A stretch of 64,000 nt of DNA from a bacterium (lineage in GTDB: Bacteria; Electryoneota; JAOADG01). The position numbers and the translations under genes are program-made. The notes beneath the pieces are model-generated. The model saw only the letters and a program-made list of their open reading frames with translations, did not search any database and was not told where the DNA came from. This document shows, in pieces, positions 37,301-48,000 of this stretch (positions are counted from its first letter, which is position 1; every line of letters begins with the position of its first letter). The stretch is taken from NCBI GenBank assembly GCA_963681965.1, contig OY820579.1, positions 1,920,001 to 1,984,000 on the forward strand, in the 5' to 3' direction.

Positions 37301-40024
37301 CGCGTTTGTCACAATACCAGTGGAAAAATTCGGCGGATTTGGATTGGACGGAAGACTCGGAACAAGTGAAATGAATAGCCCCTCATCGGCACCGACATCG
37401 GGCGTTGACAAACTGCGAGTTTCACCGTCGATATCGGTAGTCACGAATGTCGGTGTACCGTCATTCTCAACCCGAGAGTAGCACGGGTTCGAACGGATGT
37501 GAGGGTTGTATGGCCACGACGTCGAGTTTTCAAATGTCGGATCGCCCGAAGTAGAAGCTAGGTCGCCGTTTGGCGTGTAGACTGTTTGCCATGCCGAAAG
37601 CGTCGATCGATAAGCGCTCCCTTTGTATCCGATATAACCACCGACTGTATTCGGGATGTAAAAATTATTATAGTCTGACATCCAGTTTGCGGCGTAAGTA
37701 CAGGGGTTGTACATGCCGACGTGAAACGGCGTGGTCGAAGTCTGTGAACCGAGGTTCGCAAAAATATTATTCTTGCATGTATCGTTGTATGCATAATTCG
37801 ACGTATAGTACAGACATGCGGAAGAGAAGTTCTGCGTACCCGTCTGATTTAACATGATCGTGTTGTGTATCAGCGACGGATAAAAAAATCCACAATAGAT
37901 ACCGTACGTGTAATACGAAGCCGTAGTCGTACCGGAATACGTCTGCTGCAGATTGTAGACCATGTTGTTGTAAATGCGCTGATGTCCATAGCTACTTGAA
38001 AAGTATGAGTAGATACCGTAAATAATCGTGTAGCCACTGGTATTTAAAGCAGTGAAATCGTAAATACGGTTGTTGTACACTAATAACGGAGAAGCAGTAC
38101 CACCGGTATACGGAGAGTAATACAGATACATACCGTACATCGTGTAGCTGAAGCTGTACGTCTTCATGTTTTTAATATCGATATCGTGAACTGACAGACC
38201 ATTCTGGTAGTAAGCGAGCACCCCATATGAGTTACCAGCTCCGCCAATCGTATCATTCACGGCGGCACCGATCGTGAAGCGGTTCAAATTGTCGAAACCA
38301 GCAACATCGCTGCCAATTTCATTCCCCATATCTGGGTAGGAAGAATATGAGTAGCAGTACACGCCACAACGAACCTTCGAGATCTTCAGGTTGAGATAGC
38401 GATTGTAACTCTGACTTCCCAAAGCGGAGGCTGGATAGATCGACGTATTGTAATATTGATACACACCGTAAGTTGGATAGGATGAGTTGATTCGCATTTG
38501 AATCGTCGCGTTCTTGATGGTGTTATACCGCGCGCCAAGAGTCGCGGCGCTATTGTTCAGCCAGTAACCGTAGTACAGCGGATTAGTACCGGTGCTGACA
38601 TCGGTCACGCTGATGCCGTCAAATGTCAGATATTGCGCACCTGTGATCTTCACACCGTATTGGTTTGAACCGGTAACAGTGGGACTCAGAGTGACGGATC
38701 CGCCAGTCGCTCGAAAAACGACTGGGTTGGAAGGACTCATACCGGGATAAGCACCTGTAAAAGTTACTTGTTCAGTGTAGGTTCCGGGAGAAACGTTAAA
38801 CGTTACTCCACCGGTACCCGAACCAGTCGTATAAAGCGCTAAAATGGCGGCAGCGAATGACTGATAGTTATCACCACCGGTCGGTAATGCCGGATTGATC
38901 GTCTTGGTGCCGGTTAGCGCCGCGATCGTGTTAAACGTCCAGATCGGGGAAGTGTTGGTTGCAGGCGACGTGCCATGCGCAACGACTTTCCAATAATAGA
39001 CGTTGCCGGGGGTAATCGGCATGATAAAAGAGGTCGCAGTCGAACCTGATAGTTGCTGTGCTGCAACTGCACCACTCGATACGTCGGCTTGCACCGTCGA
39101 GCAATAGAGGTCGTAGTTAGCGGTGCAAGAACCACCAACCCAAGTCAAGGTTTGGATTTCTGTAGTGACACCGATGGTCCCGTTTGCCGGGCTAAATTGA
39201 GTTGCAGTGTTGCAGGGCGGAACAAATAAAATTGCTCGACCGGAAACCGGGCATGCAGTTGAATACTGATATTGCGAAGCGATAGTACGAGTGTCGTTTT
39301 GGATGCCGATTGTACTGGTATTCACGGTGGAGGTATTGTATTGTAGCAGGATATTCCCACTCGAATAGAGAATTGCCTCGAATATTTCACCGCTATCGGT
39401 ATACCATTGCACGATGAACGTGTTGGCATCGTATTGCTGATATTTGATGTATCTGCCGGTAGTGGTTACATAGGAGTCGCGATAGAGTACTGCAATCAAG
39501 CTTTGCGGCATGGTGGTAGCCGGCATCGAATACTGCGCATAATAGCCACTCGTTAAGTTGGCAAATGCACTGTTAAACGAGAGCCAGCCGTCGGTACTCA
39601 TCGTGACCGAGGTAAAATTCATGCCGTAAAATGGGAACGTAAATCCCAATGGTACCATGGCGGAGGTTACATCGTCACCGGTCGGACCGGTGGTACCGGT
39701 TGTGCTAATGTCGATCCAGTTATATGTCGGTCCTGGAGGATCTAGCTGAGCATTGTTGTCAATCCAGGTATACCCGTATCCATCTGGAGCAGCACTTACG
39801 GCGTCGGTGGATGCAGGGATAACGGTACTATTGGATCCTGTATTTGAAAACGGTGTGTCCGACTTTGTCGCAGCAAAAGCATCATGATCATTCACGAAGT
39901 GCTGTGAGATTGGTCGGAACCAAGTTGCATCAAATGAATTGTCGAAAAATTGCCCGAGCGCAGTGAGAAGAATGGGAATAGCGGCAATACAGAATAATAC
40001 TCGTACGAGCCGGGGTATCGACAT
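34325..40024 (-). CDS. Giant secreted multidomain surface protein (FN3-like repeats, probable beta-helix, Ig-like C-terminus)
   Basis: N-terminal hydrophobic leader; Thr/Tyr/Ser-rich; two PDxYGY domains; YGIY/NNxIY beta-helix-like region ending DIDGETR..PDVGADE; duplicated FN3-like block. Confidence 0.8.
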   Translation of the reverse strand: MSIPRLVRVLFCIAAIPILLTALGQFFDNSFDATWFRPISQHFVNDHDAFAATKSDTPFSNTGSNSTVIPASTDAVSAAPDGYGYTWIDNNAQLDPPGPTYNWIDISTTGTTGPTGDDVTSAMVPLGFTFPFYGMNFTSVTMSTDGWLSFNSAFANLTSGYYAQYSMPATTMPQSLIAVLYRDSYVTTTGRYIKYQQYDANTFIVQWYTDSGEIFEAILYSSGNILLQYNTSTVNTSTIGIQNDTRTIASQYQYSTACPVSGRAILFVPPCNTATQFSPANGTIGVTTEIQTLTWVGGSCTANYDLYCSTVQADVSSGAVAAQQLSGSTATSFIMPITPGNVYYWKVVAHGTSPATNTSPIWTFNTIAALTGTKTINPALPTGGDNYQSFAAAILALYTTGSGTGGVTFNVSPGTYTEQVTFTGAYPGMSPSNPVVFRATGGSVTLSPTVTGSNQYGVKITGAQYLTFDGISVTDVSTGTNPLYYGYWLNNSAATLGARYNTIKNATIQMRINSSYPTYGVYQYYNTSIYPASALGSQSYNRYLNLKISKVRCGVYCYSYSSYPDMGNEIGSDVAGFDNLNRFTIGAAVNDTIGGAGNSYGVLAYYQNGLSVHDIDIKNMKTYSFSYTMYGMYLYYSPYTGGTASPLLVYNNRIYDFTALNTSGYTIIYGIYSYFSSSYGHQRIYNNMVYNLQQTYSGTTTASYYTYGIYCGFFYPSLIHNTIMLNQTGTQNFSSACLYYTSNYAYNDTCKNNIFANLGSQTSTTPFHVGMYNPCTYAANWMSDYNNFYIPNTVGGYIGYKGSAYRSTLSAWQTVYTPNGDLASTSGDPTFENSTSWPYNPHIRSNPCYSRVENDGTPTFVTTDIDGETRSLSTPDVGADEGLFISLVPSLPSNPNPPNFSTGIVTNATFSWTAPTCGMTPITYDIYLGTTNPPTTRVATGLNTPYYTPSTSLLPMTQYYWYITSNNLYGSAPGPVWSFDTYFSLPCFPGNSDIPVTSITNHSMTIHWIDNCSNEIGFPIFRSTDGVEFSNLATAPTNSTQYSDTAQIPGTRYWYQIHAQGSSGITTGYATADGWTNATVPILTNNTPTLTTVPLVINGVDNSAAVTYSIFELNTNQYLQSTGILGATPVWQNLATWGMVTVAGLSLGTNYRFAVKARNGASVETNYSDTVSVTTVDPYHAGPDAYGYRMVASNGTGYNWITPSASATMVSGWTNTDDGFAGPYNIGFPFTFYGRTYTTWYAGSNGRIQFGGQNPNNYSSASFPLTGGYPAGVYFWNYDMSVASTTVKYENLTAPTRLVITYTNFAMYGGVGPIAAQVVVYENGNIDVNYGSRSSTTQTVFAAAAIQDTNGANGYLQYGPPVPDSLRTYHFFKLNAPTTPIPDNGATGVPINATLSWTGDANATGYDVYLGTSNPPTTRVVAGINSLYYTPSEILSSMTQYYWYVVANNSIWSIASPVWSFNTNFIPPPCYPGTAATPVTAITSHSMTIHWMDNCADEIGFPIMRSTNGVEFTNLTTAPVNSTQYTDTSVTPGTHYRYRIFKQSSQGITTGFATADGWTNAAVPVLTYNPPTLTTIPLVLNGVDNPATVTYAVHELNTNQYVQSTGVLSDTMVWQNLATWGATVSVNGLANNTNYRFISTARNANGDVTANSDTVSASTLGLLLDLYCSRTEINFADCAPLTSDSVLVKIANRNPVSVRYLTMTTLNTTPFRWRVLDTDSTTAASDTLQLWVRFYPDSARNYHDTLRIAFEAPYNPIAIPLSGNGIAGFEPAAPGNLSITLSGYDVQLNWDRVDTSANGLATTVDRYLVFHKNLYTDEWAYLGQVVGAGTTFFTDLNVAQTNSSIFYQVKALSGSTDSFDRIIRELQRDHARETIHESEMLKRLDGRISNGTTNEIQRK
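35050..37350 (-). repeat. Internal duplication of about 850 bp (about 35050-35900 and 36500-37350)
   Basis: HSMTIHW.DNC..EIGFPI.RST.GVEF.NL.TAP.NSTQY and ELNTNQY.QSTG..VWQNLATWG occur twice, with visible DNA similarity. Confidence 0.85.
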
Positions 40025-40255
40025 AGTATACTCCCCTCTATCAAGTTATTAAAATGTCAGACTATAATTGGATAAAAGAATCAGATTAATTCAAGTCAGT
40101 AAAGCGTGAATGTTGCAGTTAGATCGTGACTGAACAAAGTTACTTGCATTTTAATTAAAAGGCAATCAATAATAATCAAAAAATAAAAAACTTCCCGACT
40201 ATTGATAATTTTGGGTAGTTTTTTCTACTGTCGCAAGGCGCATGACGCGCGTAAT

Positions 40256-42529
40256 CTACTTTTTTTGAGTATTATTTTTATAATAGGATAAAATCTCAGC
40301 ATATCGCGGAAACTTCGATTTCATCACGTTATCAAAAACAACTCGATATGGCTCATCAAAATCAGGCTCAGATGGAAAACTATCAGTTACAATACAGTTT
40401 TTCATTAACGACTCATTAATTTTTTTCTCTACGTTAAAATTAGTGTAAAGCGGGTCAACATAGTAAAATGGAGGAAATCTCCCTATTCCAGATAAAGGTT
40501 CTTTTCCAACTTCTCTATAAACTGAGTATTGAATGTACCTTAAGTTGCTTTTTACAAACATATTAGTATAATAATTCGTGTCACTTACTTGAAAATTGAC
40601 GATAAAACTATCAACGTTTGCTCGATAAAATATATTTTTATCATATCTGATTCTATCCATCCACATTTTATTCAATATATAGAGAGAATCAAAAGTGCTT
40701 GAAATGATCTGACTGTTATTATCGATCACAAAATTACTAGTTGATAACAATTTGAAAATCGATGAATATATCCTTGAATTTCTAATTAATATTGAATCAT
40801 AGAGTCCAAGACTATAGTATTTTGGTAAGTTTTCATTCACTGACGTTTCTCGTCGAGAATATCGAGTTTCTAATAGCTGATCATCTTTGAAGATAATAGT
40901 ATTCATCGGTTTGTTATCTAACAGAGTTAAGTATGTAAGATCACATTTTGTGAAGTGTGACCTAGATATAGTTCGTGGGATCGTAGCATCGTATAAAGAA
41001 ACATCATATAGATTTAGAGAATCAAAGTTTGCACTGCCAAAATTTGCATTTCTAAAATACGAATTTGAGATATTTGCACCATATAAGTCAGCATTATAAA
41101 AATTACTTCTGTCCCCATTAGAGTTACTGAGTATCATAAATCGTAAATTTCGATTATTGAAGTTGCGACCATGGATTCTTAGAATATTTTTGTATGTAGA
41201 ATCGAGCCTGTCCCAATCTGTTGGTACTACTGATAAATCTTCTCCATCAATATTCAAATACAAAAACTCGAAATTCGATTTTTTGCTTCCGTATATTGCA
41301 ACATACGTGAATGATATCATGAAAATCAGCACCATTGCTGGTAGACAATACATTATTGTTGTACTTAATGTAGAAGAAAGTTTTTGACTTAAATTACGTT
41401 TAGTCCTTCGAATGAAAATAATACTTACATAAACAGCTAATATATAAGAAAGCATATGTATCATTGCAGGTAGAAACTTGTGTGTTTTGATGTAAGTACC
41501 CCAAACAAAAATTATAATTACTGGTACTATCCACCAATTTAACAAGTGTATAAGTAACCACTGAAGTTTGGCAAGAGTTGAATTGAAATATCCTGGGAAA
41601 AATTTTACTAACACATTGAACAATTTAATTTTTCGGTATCTTGCCTCTGTATTTGGAGTGACTTTCTTTTTAAGATTTCTCTTAACAAGCCATGGGATAT
41701 GTGAATTAATCAATTCATTTGTTAACCAAGGGGTAATTTTTTGATTAACTCGTAATCCATCTGGAAAAACAGCTGGTAATTGACCAATTTTTTCCATAAC
41801 CTTTATCAGATGAATCTGAGAATAGATGTAAAAAAAAACGTATAAAATAATACCCCAGACTAGCGCAAAAGAATACGGAACTGAGCTCGTATGGAGAGGT
41901 GATAATGGTGTTCTATCATCTATAAGTAAAGAAATCGGAGTAGATGTTGCCATAGTGAGGATTAAATAACCGCTTGCAGCAAGAACGATTTGATATAAAT
42001 GTTTGGCATTCTTAGTTGTTTCAGTTACGCTATTTAAACCGCTCTCGAATTTGCCAATAGTATCTGGTAACTTTGCATTGGTTAGATTAGCACGCGCTAG
42101 TTGATGCGCTGTTAGAGTCGTCAGTTCACTTAAATCAACTTCGGTGAGATCGGCATCATGAAATGTCGCGTTGGTAACGTCAGCGGAGTCGGTTTGGATT
42201 TCTTCATTTGGTCGTAATTCTCGATTAGGAATTGGTTTTTTAAAAAAAACGGCTTTTCTTAAATTGGCATGGTTAAATTTTGTGCCTTTAAGAATAGCGG
42301 TATTTTCTCCAACTCTTGAATGAATGTTATCTTTAAGAATAGGTCGAGGGTTAACCGAAAAGTTTGCACCTTCTAAATTTACCTCTGAGAAGTCCAAACC
42401 TGACAGATCCAAATCACTAAAATCGTGATAACTTAAGTCAGCTCTAGTTCCTGGTTTTCTATTCGTTTTCAACATGAGGTGATGCTGATCCAGTATTACT
42501 TTAATTTCTTCAAGCGTCTTTCTTTCCAT
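40256..42529 (-). CDS. Pentapeptide-repeat membrane protein (AT-rich gene)
   Basis: ADLSY/ANLRK/ADLTE/ANLTN repeats, central TM helices, second pentapeptide block (ADLYG, ANFGS). Confidence 0.82.
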   Translation of the reverse strand: MERKTLEEIKVILDQHHLMLKTNRKPGTRADLSYHDFSDLDLSGLDFSEVNLEGANFSVNPRPILKDNIHSRVGENTAILKGTKFNHANLRKAVFFKKPIPNRELRPNEEIQTDSADVTNATFHDADLTEVDLSELTTLTAHQLARANLTNAKLPDTIGKFESGLNSVTETTKNAKHLYQIVLAASGYLILTMATSTPISLLIDDRTPLSPLHTSSVPYSFALVWGIILYVFFYIYSQIHLIKVMEKIGQLPAVFPDGLRVNQKITPWLTNELINSHIPWLVKRNLKKKVTPNTEARYRKIKLFNVLVKFFPGYFNSTLAKLQWLLIHLLNWWIVPVIIIFVWGTYIKTHKFLPAMIHMLSYILAVYVSIIFIRRTKRNLSQKLSSTLSTTIMYCLPAMVLIFMISFTYVAIYGSKKSNFEFLYLNIDGEDLSVVPTDWDRLDSTYKNILRIHGRNFNNRNLRFMILSNSNGDRSNFYNADLYGANISNSYFRNANFGSANFDSLNLYDVSLYDATIPRTISRSHFTKCDLTYLTLLDNKPMNTIIFKDDQLLETRYSRRETSVNENLPKYYSLGLYDSILIRNSRIYSSIFKLLSTSNFVIDNNSQIISSTFDSLYILNKMWMDRIRYDKNIFYRANVDSFIVNFQVSDTNYYTNMFVKSNLRYIQYSVYREVGKEPLSGIGRFPPFYYVDPLYTNFNVEKKINESLMKNCIVTDSFPSEPDFDEPYRVVFDNVMKSKFPRYAEILSYYKNNTQKK

Positions 42530-42653
42530 TTTGGCTCCAATTTGCAATCATTTGTAGTATTCAAACTTCTTAATAATACAAATTAAAGTGTATTATAGTC
42601 AATGAAATGTTATGAGAAATCGACTATTTATTCTCGTGAGAGAGTTATTCAAA

Positions 42654-42690
42654 TAAAACCGCCCCCCGATTTCGGAGGGCGGTTCTTTTA
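42654..42690 (-). terminator. Intrinsic terminator of lat
   Basis: AACCGCCC..GGGCGGTT stem flanked by A and T runs. Confidence 0.75.
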
Positions 42691-42709
42691 CTTCAGATAC
42701 TGGAAAAAA

Positions 42710-44053
42710 TTAGCAGCACTTCGGTTTGAAAGAAGCGGCTGCCGTTTTGATCCGTTTGAGTCCTTCGAGTGCCTCATCCTTAGTCAGGTTCAATGCCGGT
42801 CGGAAACGGACGCTGTGGGTGCCGCAACCGAGTACGGCGAGATTCTGTTCCCACATCAGCTTCACGAATGCATCGCGCGATGCGCCATTCGGCAGATCGA
42901 ATGCACAGAACAGACCCTTGCCACGCGCATTCGACAAGAACGGATACGCATCCTGCAATTCGTAGAGACCGTTCAACACCACCGGTCCGACGGCATTGAC
43001 GTTCTCAAGCAATTTCTCGTCGCGAATGATTTCGAGGTAAGTCATTACCCGATACATATCGACCAAGTTGGCGCCCCAAGTGCTGTTGATGCGTGACGAT
43101 TCGTGGAACACATTGTTTTCGATCGAGTCGATCCGACCGTTCGACATGAAACCACCAACCTGCATTTTCTTTGCCATCGAGAACATATCCGGAGCGATAT
43201 CGAAATTCTGGAAGCCCCACCACTTTCCGGTGAGACCGACGCCGGTCTGGACTTCGTCGAAGCAAAGCATCGCTTCGTTTTCGTCGGCGAGCCGGCGTAA
43301 TTCGCGAGCGAATTCATTGCGGATGTGGTTGTCGCCACCCTCACCCTGAATCGGTTCGATAATGATCGCGCAGATATCGTCTTTGTTTTCGGCAAATGCT
43401 CGTTCAATTTGAGCAACTGCGAATTTCTCTTCCTTCTCGACCCGGGCGATCTCTTCCGCAGTCACTGGGAAACGGAGCGACGGATGAATGACGCGCGGCC
43501 AATCGAATTTCGAGAACAACTGGTACTTCCGCGGATCGGCGGTATTCGTTAATGATACCGTGTAGCCGCCACGACCATGGAACGCCTTTTCAAAGTGCAG
43601 TACTTTATGCCCTTTTTCGGTGCGATATCCCTTGCGGAAATTCATCCGGACTTTCCAGTCCATCGCTGCTTTGATCATATTTTCCACGGCAAGAGTGCCG
43701 CCTGCTACCCAGAACGAATACTTGAAATTCGCCGGAGCGGCAATCTGGAAGAACGTTTCAACGAACTTCGCCATCTCGATCGTATAGAGATCGCTGTTCG
43801 TGACATTGTTCAATGCGATGCGACCGATTTCCTTCATATAGGCGTCGGTCCGCATTTTCGGGTGATTGAAACCGATCGGGGAGGAGGCGAAGAAGGTAAA
43901 GAAGTCGAGATATTCCTTACCGGTTTTGCTGTCGTGAATCCAGCTTCCGTGCGATTTGTCGAGATCGAATACGAGATCGAAACCATCCGCCAACATGTGG
44001 CTGCCAATTACTTCATGAACCTGTGCCGGTCCGATTTTATTGATGTCTACCAT
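42710..44053 (-). CDS. lat: L-lysine 6-transaminase (class III aminotransferase)
   Basis: HMLADGFDLVFD, YLDFFTFFAS, AFHGRGGYT, EPIQGEGGDNH, FDEVQTG, SRINSTWG. Confidence 0.92.
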   Translation of the reverse strand: MVDINKIGPAQVHEVIGSHMLADGFDLVFDLDKSHGSWIHDSKTGKEYLDFFTFFASSPIGFNHPKMRTDAYMKEIGRIALNNVTNSDLYTIEMAKFVETFFQIAAPANFKYSFWVAGGTLAVENMIKAAMDWKVRMNFRKGYRTEKGHKVLHFEKAFHGRGGYTVSLTNTADPRKYQLFSKFDWPRVIHPSLRFPVTAEEIARVEKEEKFAVAQIERAFAENKDDICAIIIEPIQGEGGDNHIRNEFARELRRLADENEAMLCFDEVQTGVGLTGKWWGFQNFDIAPDMFSMAKKMQVGGFMSNGRIDSIENNVFHESSRINSTWGANLVDMYRVMTYLEIIRDEKLLENVNAVGPVVLNGLYELQDAYPFLSNARGKGLFCAFDLPNGASRDAFVKLMWEQNLAVLGCGTHSVRFRPALNLTKDEALEGLKRIKTAAASFKPKCC

Positions 44054-45067
44054 GATACAATCCTTTCAACGCGACGAGTTGCGCCGCGAACTACGCAGTG
44101 TGAGTCAAGCAAGAATGCTCTAAAATTAAATCTTAATCTGCAATCAGTGTGATTGCGAGTGAGGAGGGGTGGGATTAGGTCTCAGCCTTAATCCACTCCA
44201 TAAAGATGAGGCAACGGATGAGTTTTAACATGGATTACTTTCGTTGTGATTCGTTCGTCCATCCACAATATATCACTGAAAATCGATGAATAAAAATCGG
44301 AAACCTAAGCTAATTCGAAATACACAATTGTTTCGGGAAATATGATTTTCCTCGATAGTAACTCGAAATAATTAGAGCGAACACCGGAAATGGTGTCTTG
44401 AATTTTGAGAATCCAACCATTACTTGACTCAATCGCAGTTGAACAAGAAAAAAAGCTAATGTGATCGATTATTGCTGATAGCTTATGTAAGAATAAACTA
44501 TAATAACTATATATAATAGATTATTAAAACAATGTGTAAGAAAACTCTAATGTGCTACGTATCACATAATAATTAAGTCGATCATCTATATCGGGTTGTC
44601 CGTTAATATTCTGAATGAGTATGTTGATTTAAGCACCACTATCACTAGATCTTCTTTATTTATAACCAGTTCGCTTACATGCGCTGTAAATCTTCGAGGT
44701 CTCCTCTTTTTAAGTGCAATTATCTTATTGATTTGTGAATTATGAGTTACCGAGAGTGCTCACTCGTAGCAGAGACGATGGCATCTGAATCGATCGATCG
44801 GGTCGATGTGTGGAGACATCCATTGTTACTACGTGTGACAGCGATTTCGAAGGTAAGTAAGTCATTATACTCGAGATAAATTTAAAGTAAGCACTTAAAA
44901 AAAAGGTTAAGGAGAGAACTACTCTTGTCGAAGAGTTGAGTAGAGGCCTTCGATTCAGCTTATAAATTCGCTTCAGCTTTTTTCTTAAAGGTTCCGCTCA
45001 GAAGCCTAATCAAGAGAGTTGGTCAATTGAACGGCCGTTGTCTGAGTGCAGCAATAATGGAGGATTA

Positions 45068-48000
45068 ATGCAAAAGTTCGTAAGAAAGTCGATAGTCACC
45101 CTCGTGTTGACTATCATCGCGTTCGCAGTGGGAGTTGCCCAAGCGGACAATCGGGTCTACCCGACAACTGCGACGAACTGGCCCCGCGTTCACGGTGCCT
45201 CCGGTACGAAACAAAACGCAGTTTTCGGATACAAAGTTGGTGCCAATGCCTATAATTTCCTTGGTCAAAGCGTGATTTCTGCGCAGCGATCGGGTGCATT
45301 TATGGCTTTGGTTCCTACAACAGGGGTTACTACGGCAACCACCTTTACCGATGGGTCAACCTACAATTTCGACGAATATTCCGGCTTAGTACTTGCCAAT
45401 GGCAACTATGCCGTATTCGGCGAAATTTTGTTTACGACAGCCTCGACTCGTGCGTCGATGTTTATTCGCACAAGTGCCGGCGCTGCTGTAGGCGGGTATC
45501 ACAATGTTGGTTCGGCGGGAACTGTTTCGCGATTCAACAAAGCGATTCAGCTTACTGGCGGTACCTACGATGGTAAAGTTGTAGCAGTTGGTTACTCCGC
45601 AGCAACCGGTTCCGCGGGTGCTGGAGATATGTTGTTTGTTCGATTGACTCCGGCTTCCACCGTAACAATCGATCAAACTTCTTATATCGGAACGACGAAT
45701 GAAGAAGAAGCCTATGCCGTTTGCCAAGTTGGCACCGATACCGTTGCCATCGCTGGTCGACAAAAAGTCGGAACGAACAACAGCTTCTATGTAAAATTAG
45801 TGAAAGTGTCCGATGGCACCGTGATTTCCAGCTTTACCCTTTCGGGTGCAGCTGGAACCGGTGACAACGATTGCATTCGCGACATGTTTGTGGATGGCGA
45901 TGGTAATCTGGTTCTCGTTGGAACTAGTGGAACTGGGACTGGCAGAGTTGGTTATCTGGCTAAGCTCAATCCTGCGACCGGAGCATTGATTTCCGGTTAT
46001 GAATTCACTACTTCTGAGACCGATGTCGAGTTAATGGATGCCGATGTTGCCGCCAATGGTCACATCGTCGTAACGGGTCGTCAAGGTAACGATATGTACC
46101 TTGCCGAAATTCAGGACAATGGTCATGCCTATGTCAGTGACTGGGCACACTCTTATGACAATGCCAGCAAGACTGGTGAAATTGGTAATTTTGTGAAGAT
46201 CGAATCCGATTCGACCATTTTGGTAGCTGGTGTTGCCAACGATGCCGGTGCTTCCACCGATGCATCGTTCTGGCTCTTGAGTGCTCCTGCTCTGCAATCC
46301 AATGCAGGACCAACCGCATTCGATTTACTAACACCAACTGACGTTGATACCGTGACGATATTATTGCCGACGCTTACTTGGGCATCCTCAACCGATGCAA
46401 TTCTCGGCTACACGATTAGTTATGAATTGACTTGGGCAGATAACTCAGGTTTTACTAGTCCAACCGTTGTTTCGGATTTAGCGGATACAACGTACACTTT
46501 CGCAACTCCATTGACCAACAGTGGTGTATATTATTGGAAAGTGAAAGCACTCGATGGTAATGATAATGAAACCGAATGTACGCAAGGTACTGCAGGTTGG
46601 AGTTTCACTGCATACGTTGCACCACCGACTGCATTCAATCTCACTGCACCGGCTGATGCCGATTCAGTTGGTTTGTTCCCGACGTTGGATTGGGAAGCCG
46701 CGACCGGCGCTGGTATTTCTTATGAACTGACTTGGGCTGATAACTCTGGTTTTACCAGTCCGACTGTGGTATCCAATCTCGATACTAACAGCTATACCTT
46801 TGAAACAGCGCTCACGAACAATCAAGTATACTACTGGAAAGTGAAAGCAGTTGACACTCTTACCAGTGAGACTAACTGCACGCAAGCTCCCGACGGTTGG
46901 AGTTTCACTGCCTACGTCGCTGGTCCAAGTGCATTCAACCTGACTTCGCCGTCCGATGGTGGTTCGGTTTCTACGACCCCGACACTGGATTGGGAAGAAG
47001 CTACCGGTGCTGGTGTTGTTTACGAATTGACTTGGGCTGATAATGCCTTGTTTACCGGTGCCACGGTCGTATCGGATCTCGATACTAACAGCTACACCTT
47101 TACAGGTGGTCTCTCGAACGATCATGACTACTACTGGAAGGTGAAAGCGATCGACTCGCTAACCAGCGAAACAAATTGTACGCAAGCGCCGGATGGTTGG
47201 CATTTCTTGACGCCGATCACTCCGCCGGCTCCGATGAACGTTCGACTCAATTCGACCGTAGCCTCGACACCTGCCTATTACGACAATGCGAACTATGCAG
47301 GTTTTGATTCATTGGCAGTGGACTCGTATGATGCTTTGGATGTACCACAACCGCCAGTGTTAGGCAACAACTATATCCAGACATTCTTCTTTGAAAGTGG
47401 TTTCACTGGATTCCGTCAGAAATTGAATTCTGACTATCGTCTGTCCGTTGGTAAGAATTTCACGACGACGTCTTATCTGTACAAGATTCGTACGCTTACC
47501 GATCAGACCGCTACCGTTACATATACCTTCGATGTTTCGACCAACAACACCGAAACGTTACCGGTAGTCTTCTGGGATGGCACCGATTATCAAAACTTGC
47601 TGGGTGCTACCGACGCAGACAATACTTACACGTATTCCGCAACGGGAACAACCGGTTCTCCGGAAACCAAGAATTTTGCCATCTTGATCGGCGACAAAAC
47701 CGCTCCGGCAGTTACTCACATTACACCGGCAGCGAGTGGTTTAACGGAAATTTCTCGAAGTAGCTCTACGACGTTGGAAATTGCCGTTGACAATACAAGC
47801 CCGGTCCGACGCACTACGATTGCATTCTCGCCCGTACAGGATTCGACTTCGCATGTCGCGAACGATCCACGCGAGAATTTCACCGATTTGAATAATATGC
47901 CAGTTGCACCAGCAACTCCCGATGATCCGACCAATGGTCTGGTAAACCCGCACCTGACATATGATTGGATTCCGGCAACCGATGATCCCGCGATCTTTGT

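Noticed and set aside
42602-44152. Plus-strand ORFs 42602-43096 and 43577-44152
   Set aside because: Antisense shadows of lat with no recognisable motifs; the same applies to the many short alternative-frame ORFs inside identified genes
46306-47212. Repeats as a CRISPR array or DGR template/variable repeat
   Set aside because: They are in-frame protein domain repeats of about 300 bp without spacers; no cas or reverse transcriptase gene in the window
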